Counted from the first letter of the stretch, positions 30,718 through 41,167 are shown. The stretch: 64,000 nucleotides of DNA from an uncultured Phycisphaerales bacterium (GCA_937995595.1 CALKJW010000014.1:4876-68875), one strand, 5' to 3'. Notes: generated from the sequence alone by a model not told the origin. Translations and numbers: made by a program.

Positions 30718-33630
30718 TCAGGCCTTGGCCCTTGCGGGCTTGGCGGCGGGCTTGTTCGCGGCGGACGGGGACGCCGCGCCGTTGCCCGCGTGCGTCGCGT
30801 GCGGGGCGGCCTTGGCGCCGACGGGGCCGAAGGCCTCGGCGAGCACGGCCTCCTGCTGGTCCTTGTGCGCGTGCTTGGAGCCGGTCGCGGGCGTCGCGGA
30901 GGCGGCGCGGCCGATGTAGCGCAGGTCGATGCCCAGAAGCGTCTTGAACAGGTCGGCCATGAACAGGTACGCGCCGGCGTTGCGGGGCTCTTCCTGCACC
31001 CAGGTCACGCTCTGAGCGCCCGGGTACTGCGAGAAGATTCGCTTGGCCAGCGCGGCGTCGAACGGGTAGAACTGCTCGACGCGGACCAGCGCGGTGTCGA
31101 ACCGGCCGGTCGCCTCGCGCCGGGCCGCGAGTTCGTGGTAGAACTTGCCGGCGCAGACGTAGACCTTCTTGACGCGGGCGCGATCGACCCTGCCCGTGGC
31201 CGCGGCGGGGTCGTCCAGCAGGTGCTGGAAGTGGCCGGAGGTGAGTTCCTCGATGCGGCTGGTCGGGACGCGGAGCAGGCTCTTGGGCGTGGCGACGATC
31301 AGCGGCTTGCGGAACCTGGCCTTCACCTGGCGGCGGAGCATGTGGAACGCCTGCGCGGCGGTGGACGGGTAGCAGACCTGCATGTTGTCGTTGGCGCACA
31401 GTTGCAGGAAGCGCTCGATGCGGCAGGAGGAGTGCTCGGGCCCCGCGCCCTCGTACCCGTGCGGGAGCAGGAGCGTCAGGCCCGACCAGCGCTCCCACTT
31501 CATCTCGCCGCTGGCGAGGTACTGGTCGATGATGACCTGCGCGCCGTTGGCGAAGTCGCCGAACTGCGCCTCCCACATCACGAGGATGTTCGGGTCCGTC
31601 AGGCTGTAGCCGTAGTCGTAGGCCATGACCGCGGCCTCGGACAGCGGCGAGTCGTAGACGTGCAGGCGGGCCTGCGTGCGGCCGTCGGCACGCGGGGGCT
31701 GGCCGTCGAGCCCGTCGGCCTGCGGCAGGATGTTGTTCAGCGGGACGTACGCGGCCTCGGTCACCATGTCGCGCAGCACGGCGTGGCGGTGGGAGAAGGT
31801 GCCGCGCCGGCAGTCCTGCCCGGAGAGGCGCACGTCGTGGCCCTGCATCAGGAGCGTACCGAAGGCGAGGCTCTCGGCGTCGGCGTAACTGACCTCGCCG
31901 GTCCGGGGCAGGGCGGCGCGGTCGGCGAGCAGCTGCTTGAGTTTGGGGTTGACGTGGAAGCCCTCGGGCACGCGGCCCAGCGCGGCGCAGACCTGCTCGA
32001 TCTCGGCCATGGTCGCGCCGGTCGGGACCGGCTCGAAGGAGTACGCGCCGCCGAAGCCGGACCAGCGCTTGGAGCCGGGGTCGATCGTGGGGTCGTAGGG
32101 CTTCTTCTTGGCGGCCTGCTGGGCCTGCTCGAGCGCCTCGTCGAGCCGGCGGCGGATGGCCTCCATGTCGGCCTCGTTGATCACGCCCTCGGCGAGCAAC
32201 TTGCGCGAGTAGGTGTGCAGCACGCCGGGCTGGGCCTTGACCAGCGAGGTCAGGATCGGCTGGGTGAAACTCGCCTCGTCCTGCTCGTTGTGGCCGTAGC
32301 GCCGGAAGCAGTACATGTCGATGAAGACGTCTTTCCGGAACTTCTGGCGGTACTCGACGGCGATCTGCGCGCAGGCGATGCAGGCCTCGGGGTCCTCGCC
32401 GTTGACGTGGAACACCGGCGACTCGAGCATGAGCGCAATGTCGGTGCAGTAGCGCGTCGAGCGCGCGTCCTCGGGCCCGGTCGTGAAGCCGATCAGGTTG
32501 TTGAGCACCACGTGCACCGTCCCGCCGACGGTGTACCCCTCCAGGCGCGAGAGGTTGAGCGCCTCGGCGACTGTGCCCTGACCGATGAACGCCGCGTCGC
32601 CGTGCAGCAGCATGGGGATGACGCGCGTCCGCGCCTCGTCGCCGCGGGTGCGCTGCTTGCCGCGGCAGCGGCCCATGACCACGCCGTTGACCGACTCGAG
32701 GTGGCTGGGGTTGCTGGCCATCGCGAGGTGGATCGAGCGGCCGTTGCGGAGCGTGCGCTCGCCGGAGTAGCCGCGGTGGTACTTGACGTCGCCCCCGCCC
32801 CCGCCGCCCTCGTCGGCCCAGGTGTCCTCGAACTCGGTGAAGATCTGCTCGTAACTCTTGCCGAGGATGTTGTTCAGAACGTTCAGGCGGCCGCGGTGCG
32901 GCATGCCGAGGACCATCTCCTCGACGCCCAGTTCGCTCGCGGCGTCGATGACGCGGTCCATGAGGGGGATGAGCGCCTCGCCGCCCTCGAGGCTGAAGCG
33001 CTTGTCGCCGGGGTAGCGCTTCTGCAGGAACTTCTCGAACTGCTCGGCGCGGACGATGCGCTCGAGGATGTGCGCCTTGTCGCCGCGGTCGAGCGGGATC
33101 CGCCCGCCGTGCTGCTCGAAGCGCTGCTGGAGCCAGGTGCGCTCCTCGGCGTCGACGATGTGCCCCCACTGCACGCCGATGCTGGCGCAGTAGGTCCGCT
33201 CGAGAAACGCGACGATGTCGCGGAGCGTCGCCTCGGCCGGCAGGGGCAGCGTGCCGTGGTTCACGGGCCGGTCCAGGTCGCGCTCGCTCAGACCGTGGTA
33301 CTCAAGGCTCAGGACGCGCGGCGGCTGCGGCGCGCGGCCGAAGGGGTCGAGTTTGGCCGCCAGGTGGCCCATCGAGCGGTAGGCCTCGATGAGGTCCGCC
33401 ACGGCCGACTGGAACCGCAGCGCCTCGGCGGTGACCGAATCGGTCGGCGCGCCGCCCGCGGCGCGGCCCGCGCCCGGGCGTGCCGCGGCGAGGTCGAAGC
33501 CCTGGAAGAACGACCGCAGGTCCGCCGGGACGGAGTCCGGATCGGCCTTGAAACGGGCGTACTCCGCGTCGAGATACTCGGCGCTCCAACTGTTCACCGA
33601 TGGCGGGACGCCGCGCAGCGCGTCACTCAT
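30718..33630 (-). CDS. sucA: 2-oxoglutarate dehydrogenase E1 component
   Basis: SWSAEYLDAEYARFKADPDSV, GMPHRGRLNVL, GDVKYHRGYS, LLHGDAAFIGQG, HVNGEDPEA, LLLPHGYEGAGPEHSS. Start ATG 33630 (ORF-track GTG at 33657). Confidence 0.96.
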   Translation of the reverse strand: MSDALRGVPPSVNSWSAEYLDAEYARFKADPDSVPADLRSFFQGFDLAAARPGAGRAAGGAPTDSVTAEALRFQSAVADLIEAYRSMGHLAAKLDPFGRAPQPPRVLSLEYHGLSERDLDRPVNHGTLPLPAEATLRDIVAFLERTYCASIGVQWGHIVDAEERTWLQQRFEQHGGRIPLDRGDKAHILERIVRAEQFEKFLQKRYPGDKRFSLEGGEALIPLMDRVIDAASELGVEEMVLGMPHRGRLNVLNNILGKSYEQIFTEFEDTWADEGGGGGGDVKYHRGYSGERTLRNGRSIHLAMASNPSHLESVNGVVMGRCRGKQRTRGDEARTRVIPMLLHGDAAFIGQGTVAEALNLSRLEGYTVGGTVHVVLNNLIGFTTGPEDARSTRYCTDIALMLESPVFHVNGEDPEACIACAQIAVEYRQKFRKDVFIDMYCFRRYGHNEQDEASFTQPILTSLVKAQPGVLHTYSRKLLAEGVINEADMEAIRRRLDEALEQAQQAAKKKPYDPTIDPGSKRWSGFGGAYSFEPVPTGATMAEIEQVCAALGRVPEGFHVNPKLKQLLADRAALPRTGEVSYADAESLAFGTLLMQGHDVRLSGQDCRRGTFSHRHAVLRDMVTEAAYVPLNNILPQADGLDGQPPRADGRTQARLHVYDSPLSEAAVMAYDYGYSLTDPNILVMWEAQFGDFANGAQVIIDQYLASGEMKWERWSGLTLLLPHGYEGAGPEHSSCRIERFLQLCANDNMQVCYPSTAAQAFHMLRRQVKARFRKPLIVATPKSLLRVPTSRIEELTSGHFQHLLDDPAAATGRVDRARVKKVYVCAGKFYHELAARREATGRFDTALVRVEQFYPFDAALAKRIFSQYPGAQSVTWVQEEPRNAGAYLFMADLFKTLLGIDLRYIGRAASATPATGSKHAHKDQQEAVLAEAFGPVGAKAAPHATHAGNGAASPSAANKPAAKPARAKA

Positions 33631-33871
33631 TGGAAGACCCCGCAGGGGAAGAACCACTCTGGAACCGGGATGTGGTTATCAGACCGGCCCGGCCCACGCC
33701 CGCCGCTCGCCGCCGAGGACGGGATGGGACCGACATCGTAGGCTGTAGGATCGGCGCGATCGGGGCCCGGAGTGACCATTTCCGGAGACTCGGACGGGTT
33801 CCGAACGCTGAGGACCGCCCTTGGGGCGTCGGCTCACTCGGCCCGGCGCGGCGTGCCCGGCGGGAGCGGGT

Positions 33872-34834
33872 TCAGCCGAACCGCCCGGTCACGTACTGCT
33901 CGGTCTCGGGCAGGGCGGGGTTCTGGAAGATGCGGTCGGTGGGGCTGAACTCGACCAGCCTGCCGAGGTACATGAACGCGGTGTAGTCGCTCACGCGCGA
34001 GGCCTGCTGCATGTTGTGCGTCACGATGATGACGGTGTAGCGCTCGGCGATGTCGTGGATCAGTTCCTCGATCTTGAGCGTGGCCAGCGGGTCCAGCGCC
34101 GAGCAGGGCTCGTCCATCAGCAGGACCTCGGGCTCGGCGGCGATCGCTCGGGCGATGCACAGTCGCTGCTGCTGGCCGCCGGAAAGGCCGAGGGCCGACT
34201 CCTTCAGGCGGTCCTTGACCTCGTCCCACAGCGCGGCCCAGCGGAGGCTGCGTTCGCACGCCTCCATCAGCACGTTCCTGCGGCGTTCGCCGTCGATGCG
34301 GAGCGAGTAGACCACGTTCTCGAAGATCGACATCGGGAACGGGTTGGACTTCTGGAACACCATCCCGATGCGCTTGCGGAGGTCGATCACGTCGACGTCG
34401 GGCGCGTACACCGGCTCGCCGTTGAGGAGGATCTCGCCGCGAGTCGAGACGCCGTCGACCAGGTCGTTCAGGCGGTTGATCGACCGCAGCAGCGTGGACT
34501 TGCCGCAGCCCGAGGGGCCGATGAGCGCGGTGACGTGGTTGCGCGGGATGTTCATCGTGATCGAGTGCAGGGCCTTGGTCTGGCCGTAGAACAACTCGAA
34601 GCCGCGCGTCTGCACGATCGGGTCCAGCGCATCGATCTCGGGGTGGATCACGGGCTCGAACGCCGCGCCGGTGCGCACGGCGTCCATGACGCTCGGCCGA
34701 TCGCCCGTGCTGTGTGTCGCTGCGCCGGCCAAGGCGGTCTCCCGGTGGTGCGGCGATGGTACGTCGATGCCGACGGGCCGGATCGGCCGGAGGTTCGTCT
34801 GGGGTTGTCCGCCGCGGGTGTTCATCGCCACCAT
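33872..34834 (-). CDS. pstB: phosphate ABC transporter ATP-binding protein
   Basis: [84 protein letters not shown] 34834 is preceded by TAGGAGAGGG, which overlaps the pstA stop. N-terminal extension of ~50 aa; alternative ATG at 34687. Confidence 0.96.
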   Translation of the reverse strand: MVAMNTRGGQPQTNLRPIRPVGIDVPSPHHRETALAGAATHSTGDRPSVMDAVRTGAAFEPVIHPEIDALDPIVQTRGFELFYGQTKALHSITMNIPRNHVTALIGPSGCGKSTLLRSINRLNDLVDGVSTRGEILLNGEPVYAPDVDVIDLRKRIGMVFQKSNPFPMSIFENVVYSLRIDGERRRNVLMEACERSLRWAALWDEVKDRLKESALGLSGGQQQRLCIARAIAAEPEVLLMDEPCSALDPLATLKIEELIHDIAERYTVIIVTHNMQQASRVSDYTAFMYLGRLVEFSPTDRIFQNPALPETEQYVTGRFG

Positions 34835-34843
34835 GACCCTCTC

Positions 34844-37189
34844 CTAGAACGCCCCGCCCACGAAGCGGCGCCGCAGCCGCGAGCGCAGGCGGATCGCGCT
34901 GAGGTTCAACATCAGCACCACGACCACGAGCACCAGCGTCGTCGTCCACACCAGCGGCCGTGCCGCCTCGGAGTCGGGGCTCTGGAAGCCCACGTCGTAG
35001 ATGTGGAACCCCAGGTGCATGAAACTCCGCTCAAGGTGCACGAAGGGGAAGTGCCCGTCGACGGGCAGTTCGGGCGCGAGTTTCACGACGCCGACGAGCA
35101 TCAGCGGGGCCACCTCGCCCGCGCCGCGCGCCATGGCGAGGATCATGCCCGTCATGATGCCGGGCATGGCGCGGGGCAGCACGATCCGCCGGACGGTCTG
35201 CCACTTGCTGGCGCCGCAGCCGTAGGAGCCCTCGCGCATCGTCCGCGGCACGGCGGCGATCGCCTCCTCGGTCGCCACGATCACGACCGGCAGGGTGAGC
35301 AGCGCGAGCGTGAGCGCGGACCAGAGCAGGCCGCGCGAGCGGAAGACCGAGTTGGGCAGGTTCGCCTCGTACAGGCCGTTGAAGTACGGCGTGGTGAGCA
35401 GCAGCCAGACCGCGCCGCCCGCCGCGCCGACCCACAGCGCGGCGGCGCACCAGCCCAGCGCACGCTGGTTGCCGGTTGCGGCGGTGCCGGGTTTGGGCCG
35501 GGCGAAGAGGCCCAGCCACGCCGCGCCGACGCCCGTGCCCACCAGCGCCAGCACGCCGACCCACCACGACGAGCGTGCCGCGACGTGCGCGGGCGCGGGG
35601 CCGGTGTCGACGTACTCGCCGACGAAGTAGCAGAAGAACCCCAGCCCGAACACGCCGTAGACGATGCTCGGCACGCCGGCGAGGTTGTTCACGGCGATGC
35701 GGACGATCGAGATGAGCAGGCCCTGCCGGGCGTACTCGCGCATGTAGAGCGCGGCGACCACGCCCAGCGGCACGACGATCACGCTCAGCAGGATGGTGAG
35801 CGAGACGGTGCCGAAGATGACGGGGAAGATGCCGCCGGCGGTGTTGGTGTCGCGCGGCTCGTCGAGCAGGAACTCGCGCCAGCGTTCGAGATAGACGCCC
35901 ACCTTGCCCCGGAAACTCAGCGTGTTGGCCTGCACGCCGAGCACGACCTGCGAGAGGCGCAGGGGCTCGTCGGGCTCGGTCTGCCGGAGGGGCGCGAAGC
36001 GGCCGCCGGTGATCTCGCGCACGACGATGCGGGTGGCGGCGTCCTCGAAGTCGACGGCCCGGATGCGCCGCAGGATCTCCTCGTACTCGGCGTTGAGCCG
36101 GGCGGTCGTCGCCTCGTACTCGCGGCGGACCTCCGCCAGTTTCTCGGGGGTCATGTCGGGCGCGGCCCACGGGCGTTCGAGCCACGCGCCCAGCAGCGCG
36201 CCGAGCCCGACGCACCACGCGACGGCGGACACCATGCGCCGGCCCACGCGGTCGGGCCTGCCGGCGCGCAGGGCGCGCGAGCGGGACGCCGACAGCGACA
36301 GGCCCAGACCGACGGCGCCGAGCCCCAGCCCGGCGATCGAGAGCCACGCAGGCAGCGAGATCGGCGCGTGCCGGCCGCTCTGGGTCCGCGCCAGCGCGAG
36401 TTCGGCCTCGCGCATCTTCAGGCGGGCCGACTCGAGCCGGAAGTTCACTTCGCCCACGTCGTGCTTCTGCATCGAGCGCACCTTCGCGGCGGTGGCGCGG
36501 GACAGCGGGTGCACGAGTTTGAACTGGTCCCACGTCGAATCGCCCTCGGCCAAGTACGTGCGGCGCAGCACGCGCACCGCGCCGCCGGGGCCCTCCTCGC
36601 CGGTCACGCGCTGCTCGTAGCGCAGGCCGTCGGGGGTCCGGCCCTCGGCGGGCGGCTCGGACCCGGCGGGCAAGTCGATCGTCTCCTGCCGCACGATCGC
36701 TTCGGGGATGCCGATCCACACGCCCCAGTCGAGGCGTTCGAGCAGGACGGCGCGGGGTTCGGTCGATCGCTCGGCGATGGTGTAGAGCGGCACCCAGCGG
36801 AACGGTTCGCCGAACTCGCGGTTGCCGACGCGGTAGAGCCGGCGCTTCGGCCGGCCCTCACGGTCGAGCGTCGCCGGGTCGAGTTGCCCGGCCTGCCGCA
36901 GCGCGGCGATCGCGGCGGCGTCCTGAGCGCCCGGGTCGTAGGCCTCGTCGCGCACGGGGACGCCCAGCAGGGCCTCGCCGGTTCGGAGCGTGACGCGCTC
37001 GATGGGCCGGGGCCAGAATGTCAGCGAGCCCATGACCAGCGCCAGGCCGAGCAGGACCAGGATCATGACCATGCAGACGACCATCGCCATGCCCGTGATC
37101 CAGACGATCGGCTCGCCGCGGGCCGAGAGCGGCGTGGGCCGGCGGTGGAGGCGGCGTGCGGGGGCGGGGTTGTCGGCGGTCACAGCCAT
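34844..37189 (-). CDS. pstA: phosphate ABC transporter permease PstA, long form (781 aa)
   Basis: The C-terminal ~330 aa are canonical PstA (IFPVIFGTV, NNLAGVPSIVYG, EEAIAAVPRTMREGSYGCGASKWQT, ARGAGEVAPLM). They are preceded by a ~450-aa region with extra TM segments and soluble domains. Confidence 0.9.
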   Translation of the reverse strand: MAVTADNPAPARRLHRRPTPLSARGEPIVWITGMAMVVCMVMILVLLGLALVMGSLTFWPRPIERVTLRTGEALLGVPVRDEAYDPGAQDAAAIAALRQAGQLDPATLDREGRPKRRLYRVGNREFGEPFRWVPLYTIAERSTEPRAVLLERLDWGVWIGIPEAIVRQETIDLPAGSEPPAEGRTPDGLRYEQRVTGEEGPGGAVRVLRRTYLAEGDSTWDQFKLVHPLSRATAAKVRSMQKHDVGEVNFRLESARLKMREAELALARTQSGRHAPISLPAWLSIAGLGLGAVGLGLSLSASRSRALRAGRPDRVGRRMVSAVAWCVGLGALLGAWLERPWAAPDMTPEKLAEVRREYEATTARLNAEYEEILRRIRAVDFEDAATRIVVREITGGRFAPLRQTEPDEPLRLSQVVLGVQANTLSFRGKVGVYLERWREFLLDEPRDTNTAGGIFPVIFGTVSLTILLSVIVVPLGVVAALYMREYARQGLLISIVRIAVNNLAGVPSIVYGVFGLGFFCYFVGEYVDTGPAPAHVAARSSWWVGVLALVGTGVGAAWLGLFARPKPGTAATGNQRALGWCAAALWVGAAGGAVWLLLTTPYFNGLYEANLPNSVFRSRGLLWSALTLALLTLPVVIVATEEAIAAVPRTMREGSYGCGASKWQTVRRIVLPRAMPGIMTGMILAMARGAGEVAPLMLVGVVKLAPELPVDGHFPFVHLERSFMHLGFHIYDVGFQSPDSEAARPLVWTTTLVLVVVVLMLNLSAIRLRSRLRRRFVGGAF

Positions 37190-37218
37190 TGTTTCTTACA
37201 TTTGTTCTTATATTCTAC

Positions 37219-40101
37219 TTACAATCCGGCGGCCCGCCTGCGGAACCGCTGCCGCACCAGTTCGGCCGCGGTGTTCACCACCGCCGTCATCGCGAACAGT
37301 GCCAGCCCGCACAGGAAGAGCACGCGGTAGTGCGTCCCGCCGACGGGGGCCTCGGGCAGTTCGGTGGCGATGTTGGCCGACAGCGTGCGGAACCCGCTGA
37401 ACATGTTCCAGTTCATCTCCGGCGTGTTGCCGGTGGCCATCAGGACGATCATGGTCTCGCCGGCGGCGCGGCCCAGGCCGATCATGACCGCCGAGAAGAT
37501 GCCCGACGCGGCGACCGGCATGACCACGCGGACGGCGGTCTGCCAGCGCGTCGCCCCCGCGCCCAGCGAGGCCGACCGCAGCGCGGGCGAGACGCTGCTC
37601 AGCGCGTCCTCGCTGACGGTGAAGATGATCGGGATGACCGCAAAGCCCATGATGATGCCGACGATCAGGCTGTTGCGCTGGTTGAACGGCCCGAACACCG
37701 AGTCGCGCGCGTCCAGCCCCAGCCCGGTCAGACCGCCCGCCAGCACGGCCGCGACCGCGAGCGTCAGGGCCCCCACCGCCAGGAGCATCGCCATCTCCGC
37801 CGCGGCGGCGGGGAAGCCGAACCGAAGCGACTCGCGACGGTGCACGAGCGGCTCGACCAGTCGGGACTTGAGCAGGAAGGCGACGACCGCCGCGGGAGGG
37901 ATCATCAGGACGAACCAGCCGGGGAAGGCGCGGCCGATGACCCCGTCGAGCCAGAGGCGCAGGTCGGCGCGGTCGAGGCGGTTGGCCGAAACGACGGCCG
38001 CGACGGCCGGGTCGCGCAGGTCGCCCTTGGGCCGCACGACCTGTCCGTTGCGGAAGTACAGGCCCTCGTTTCGCAGACGGCGGTTGAGTTGATCGTCGAG
38101 GATCGCGCGGTTACCGATCCACGCGGGGCGGTCGGACTCGGCCACCGGCTCGAACGAGCCGGCCAGGACCAGCACGTCGGCCGTGCTGGGCGCAAAGAGC
38201 ACGCGCTCGGCCGCGGCGCCGATGGGCAGCGCCACCACCCCGCCGAGTCCGACGGCCGCGGCGACCAGCAGCAGGTGCTGGAAACTGGTCAGGCGGCTGG
38301 TGACGCGGACGGGCAGCATCTGCCACGCGTGCGCGGCAATGAGCACGGCGAAGGGCACGACGATGAACGCCGCGAGGATGGTGTCGAGCCAGTCGCGCGC
38401 AAAGGGCGCGACGACCATCGCGGCGATGAAACCGAGCACGACCGATGGCAGCGAGGCCATCGCCTCGACAACGGGCTTGACGCGGTTGCGCACCGTCGGG
38501 TGCAGCATCTCGCTGGTGAAGACCGCCGCGAGCACGGCGAGCGGCACGGCGAAGAGCATCGCGTAGACCGTGGCCTTGAGGGTTCCGAAGATGAGCGGGG
38601 TGACGCTGAGTTTGGGCTCGGCGGCGTCGTCGCCCGAGGACGACTGGTAGAAGAACGTCGGCTCGGCGTCGCCCTCGTACCAGACCCTGCCGAACAGCGC
38701 GGTCCAGCCGGCCTCGGAGTGCTTGGGGTCCATGTCCCATGCGCGGAAGGCGCCGTCGGCGTGGACGACGAGAAGCCCGTCGTTCTTGGGCGTGATGTCG
38801 GCGACGGCGACGGGCGAGGGCGCGGCGTCGTCGAGGTCGATGATCGCCTTGCCGGTGGTCATGTTGCGGACGAACAGGCGCCCGCGCGCGTCGGCGGCGA
38901 CAAACGATCGGTCGCGCTGGCCGATGCCCAGCGCGTGAACGGCTTCGCGCCCGGCGTCGCTGAGCACGTAGTCGTGCGCGACGACCAGTCGCCGGCGGTC
39001 GGGCGTGAACGCGGCTTCGTCGCGCGCGACGAACAGGCCGAGTGCGCGGCCGTCGTCGGTGCCGGCGACGAGCGTCTTGGAGCCCAGCAGCATCGTCGCC
39101 GAGACGACGCGCGCGCCGCGCCCGGGCGACGAACCGGGGATGGTGATCGTGTCGGCGATCCGCGCGGTGTAGTCGCCCTCGTCGTTGCGCACGACGGCGT
39201 AGCGCTGGCAGAAGCCGTCGGGCCAGAGCATGAGCACGTGCGCGCCGTCGCCGGTGAGGAACGTCCACCGCGGCTCGTCGCGCCCGTCGGGCAGCGCGAG
39301 CGTGAAGGGGTAGGAACTGAACCGCATGCGCGGCTTGCCGCCGCCCAGCGGCGTGGTGACCCGCACGAGGTTGAAGACCGCGCTGCCGTCCTCGCGCGTG
39401 GCCACGAGCCACTGCGACGCGCTCGACACGCGGTAGTCCAGCGCGACGACCGCGCCCGAGCCGTGGTCGAGCGCGACCGGGTCGCGCATCTCCACAACCG
39501 GCGCGACCGCCCGGTACTGCTCGCCCTGCACGCGCTCGACAAAGCCGCGCCCCCGGGCCTTCCGCGAACCGACGGGCATGGCGCGGAGGTCCGGCGTCAA
39601 CTCGTCGGGCGCGAGAAACTCGGCGGCAAAGCCGATGCGCCCGGTCTGCACGCGCCCGTCGGCGTAGCCGAGCGCGACGGACCCATCGCCCCGGTAGAAC
39701 GCCCACGCGGTCGGTGTTGCGCCCTCGGGTCCGAGGTACTGGCGCGCGGTGACCGAGCCGTCGGCCAGCGAGAAGGTCACCGCCTCGCCCGTCCGCAGGA
39801 CCGCGGTGCACAGGCCGATGTACTCGTCGGTCAGCCCGAAGACCGGCTCGCCGCCAAGGTCGGCACGACCGCTGGCGCGGGGTGTCGCATCGCCGCGCCC
39901 GAACAGCGGCACGACCTCCGCGGCGAGGAACACGAGCATGCCGAGCACGGCGACGATAACGCCCAGACCGCCGACGGTAATCGACATCGCCGCCACGCGG
40001 TCGGCGACGCGCACGCGGTGCAGCGTGCCGCGACGCCGCGCGGCCTTCGCGGCCGCGGCCGAGTCCGTGGCGTGTGCGGCGTGTCGGGCGGCGTCGCTCA
40101 A
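37219..40101 (-). CDS. pstC: phosphate ABC transporter permease PstC, long form (up to 960 aa) with large N-terminal periplasmic domain
   Basis: The C-terminal half is canonical PstC (LIFGTLKATVYAMLFAVPL, ASLPSVVLGF, SEDALSSVSPALRSASLGAGATRWQT, GRAAGETMIV). The N-terminal ~470 aa lie after one TM helix and look beta-repeat rich. The TTG start at 40101 is uncertain. Confidence 0.9.
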   Translation of the reverse strand: MSDAARHAAHATDSAAAAKAARRRGTLHRVRVADRVAAMSITVGGLGVIVAVLGMLVFLAAEVVPLFGRGDATPRASGRADLGGEPVFGLTDEYIGLCTAVLRTGEAVTFSLADGSVTARQYLGPEGATPTAWAFYRGDGSVALGYADGRVQTGRIGFAAEFLAPDELTPDLRAMPVGSRKARGRGFVERVQGEQYRAVAPVVEMRDPVALDHGSGAVVALDYRVSSASQWLVATREDGSAVFNLVRVTTPLGGGKPRMRFSSYPFTLALPDGRDEPRWTFLTGDGAHVLMLWPDGFCQRYAVVRNDEGDYTARIADTITIPGSSPGRGARVVSATMLLGSKTLVAGTDDGRALGLFVARDEAAFTPDRRRLVVAHDYVLSDAGREAVHALGIGQRDRSFVAADARGRLFVRNMTTGKAIIDLDDAAPSPVAVADITPKNDGLLVVHADGAFRAWDMDPKHSEAGWTALFGRVWYEGDAEPTFFYQSSSGDDAAEPKLSVTPLIFGTLKATVYAMLFAVPLAVLAAVFTSEMLHPTVRNRVKPVVEAMASLPSVVLGFIAAMVVAPFARDWLDTILAAFIVVPFAVLIAAHAWQMLPVRVTSRLTSFQHLLLVAAAVGLGGVVALPIGAAAERVLFAPSTADVLVLAGSFEPVAESDRPAWIGNRAILDDQLNRRLRNEGLYFRNGQVVRPKGDLRDPAVAAVVSANRLDRADLRLWLDGVIGRAFPGWFVLMIPPAAVVAFLLKSRLVEPLVHRRESLRFGFPAAAAEMAMLLAVGALTLAVAAVLAGGLTGLGLDARDSVFGPFNQRNSLIVGIIMGFAVIPIIFTVSEDALSSVSPALRSASLGAGATRWQTAVRVVMPVAASGIFSAVMIGLGRAAGETMIVLMATGNTPEMNWNMFSGFRTLSANIATELPEAPVGGTHYRVLFLCGLALFAMTAVVNTAAELVRQRFRRRAAGL

Positions 40102-40134
40102 CGTGTGTTCCGGCCGGGTGGTGGGGGTCGCGGT

Positions 40135-40175
40135 GGAGGAAGAAAGAGAGCGGCCCGCGTTTCCGAAGGCCGCTC
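40135..40175 (-). terminator. candidate intercistronic attenuator/terminator between pstS and pstC
   Basis: On the minus strand: GAGCGGCC (40175..40168), 12-nt loop, GGCCGCTC (40155..40148), followed by TCTTTCTTCCTCC. Confidence 0.45.
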
Positions 40176-40204
40176 CGGGATGTTGTCAGCGTATCAGTAC
40201 CGGA

Positions 40205-41167
40205 TCAGAAGCGGACGGGCAGGCCGGCCTTCTTCAGGTCCTCGCGGGCGATGTCGGCGGTGACGGGGAAGTAGCCGTCCTTGACGACCGACTCCTGGCC
40301 CTGGCGGGAGTAGATCATCTTGATGAACTCGGCGCGGAGCGGGTCCATCGTGCTGCCGGGCTTGTGGTTGACGTAGACGTAGAGGAAGCGGGCCAGCGGG
40401 TAGACGCCCTCGTAGGAGTTCTCGGGGTTGGCCTCGTAGGCCTTCTCGCCGTCCTTGGCCGAGATCTTCAGGGCCTTGACGTCGGCGGTCTTGTAGCCCA
40501 GTCCCGAATAGCCCATGGCGAACTTGTCGGTGGCGCACGCCTGCACGACGGCGGAGGAGCCGGGCTGCTCCTTGACCGAGGGCTTGTAGTCCTTCTTGTT
40601 GAGCGCGTGCTCCTTGAAGAAGCCGTAGGTGCCCGAGGCGGAGTTGCGGCCGTAGAGGCTGATGGGCTTGGTGGCCCACGCCGGGTCCTTCACGCCGACG
40701 TCGCCCCAGGTCATCTCGGGGCCGTCAACCGAGAAGATCTTGCGGACCTGGTCGAGCGAGAGTTCGTTGAGCGGGCAGTCCTTGTGCACGTAGACGGCCA
40801 GCGCGTCGACCGCGGTGCGGAGTTCGAGGGGCTTGTAGCCGTACTTCTTCTCGAACGAGTCGATCTCCGCGCCCTTCATGGGGCGGCTCATCGGGCCGAA
40901 CTGCGCCTGGCCCTCGATCAGCGCCGGGGGCGCGGTCGAGGAACCCTTGCCCTCGATCTCGATCTTGACGTTGGGGTACAACTTCTTGAAGTCCTCGGCC
41001 CAGTAGGTCATCAGGTTGTTGAGGGTGTCGGAGCCGATGCTCTTGAGGCTGCCCGACACGCCCTGGGCCGGGGTGTACGTCGGAAGGGCCGAGTCGACCT
41101 GAACCTGGGCCGCGGCGCCGGCGACCATCGCGCCGACGGCGACAAACGCTGCGAAGATCGATTTCAT
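40205..41167 (-). CDS. pstS: phosphate ABC transporter substrate-binding protein
   Basis: Signal peptide MKSIFAAFVAVGAMVAGAAAQ, then GSDTLNNLMTYWAEDFKKLYPNVKIEIEGKGSSTAPPALIEGQAQFGPMSRPMK. ATG 41167 is preceded by AGGAGAA. The 5' extension to 41296 in the ORF track is rejected. Confidence 0.93.
   Translation of the reverse strand: MKSIFAAFVAVGAMVAGAAAQVQVDSALPTYTPAQGVSGSLKSIGSDTLNNLMTYWAEDFKKLYPNVKIEIEGKGSSTAPPALIEGQAQFGPMSRPMKGAEIDSFEKKYGYKPLELRTAVDALAVYVHKDCPLNELSLDQVRKIFSVDGPEMTWGDVGVKDPAWATKPISLYGRNSASGTYGFFKEHALNKKDYKPSVKEQPGSSAVVQACATDKFAMGYSGLGYKTADVKALKISAKDGEKAYEANPENSYEGVYPLARFLYVYVNHKPGSTMDPLRAEFIKMIYSRQGQESVVKDGYFPVTADIAREDLKKAGLPVRF

Noticed and set aside
33821-40263. Plus-strand ORFs of 1,169 aa and 1,035 aa antisense to pstB/pstA/pstC
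   Set aside because: Shadow frames. The minus strand encodes canonical PstB, PstA and PstC motifs.
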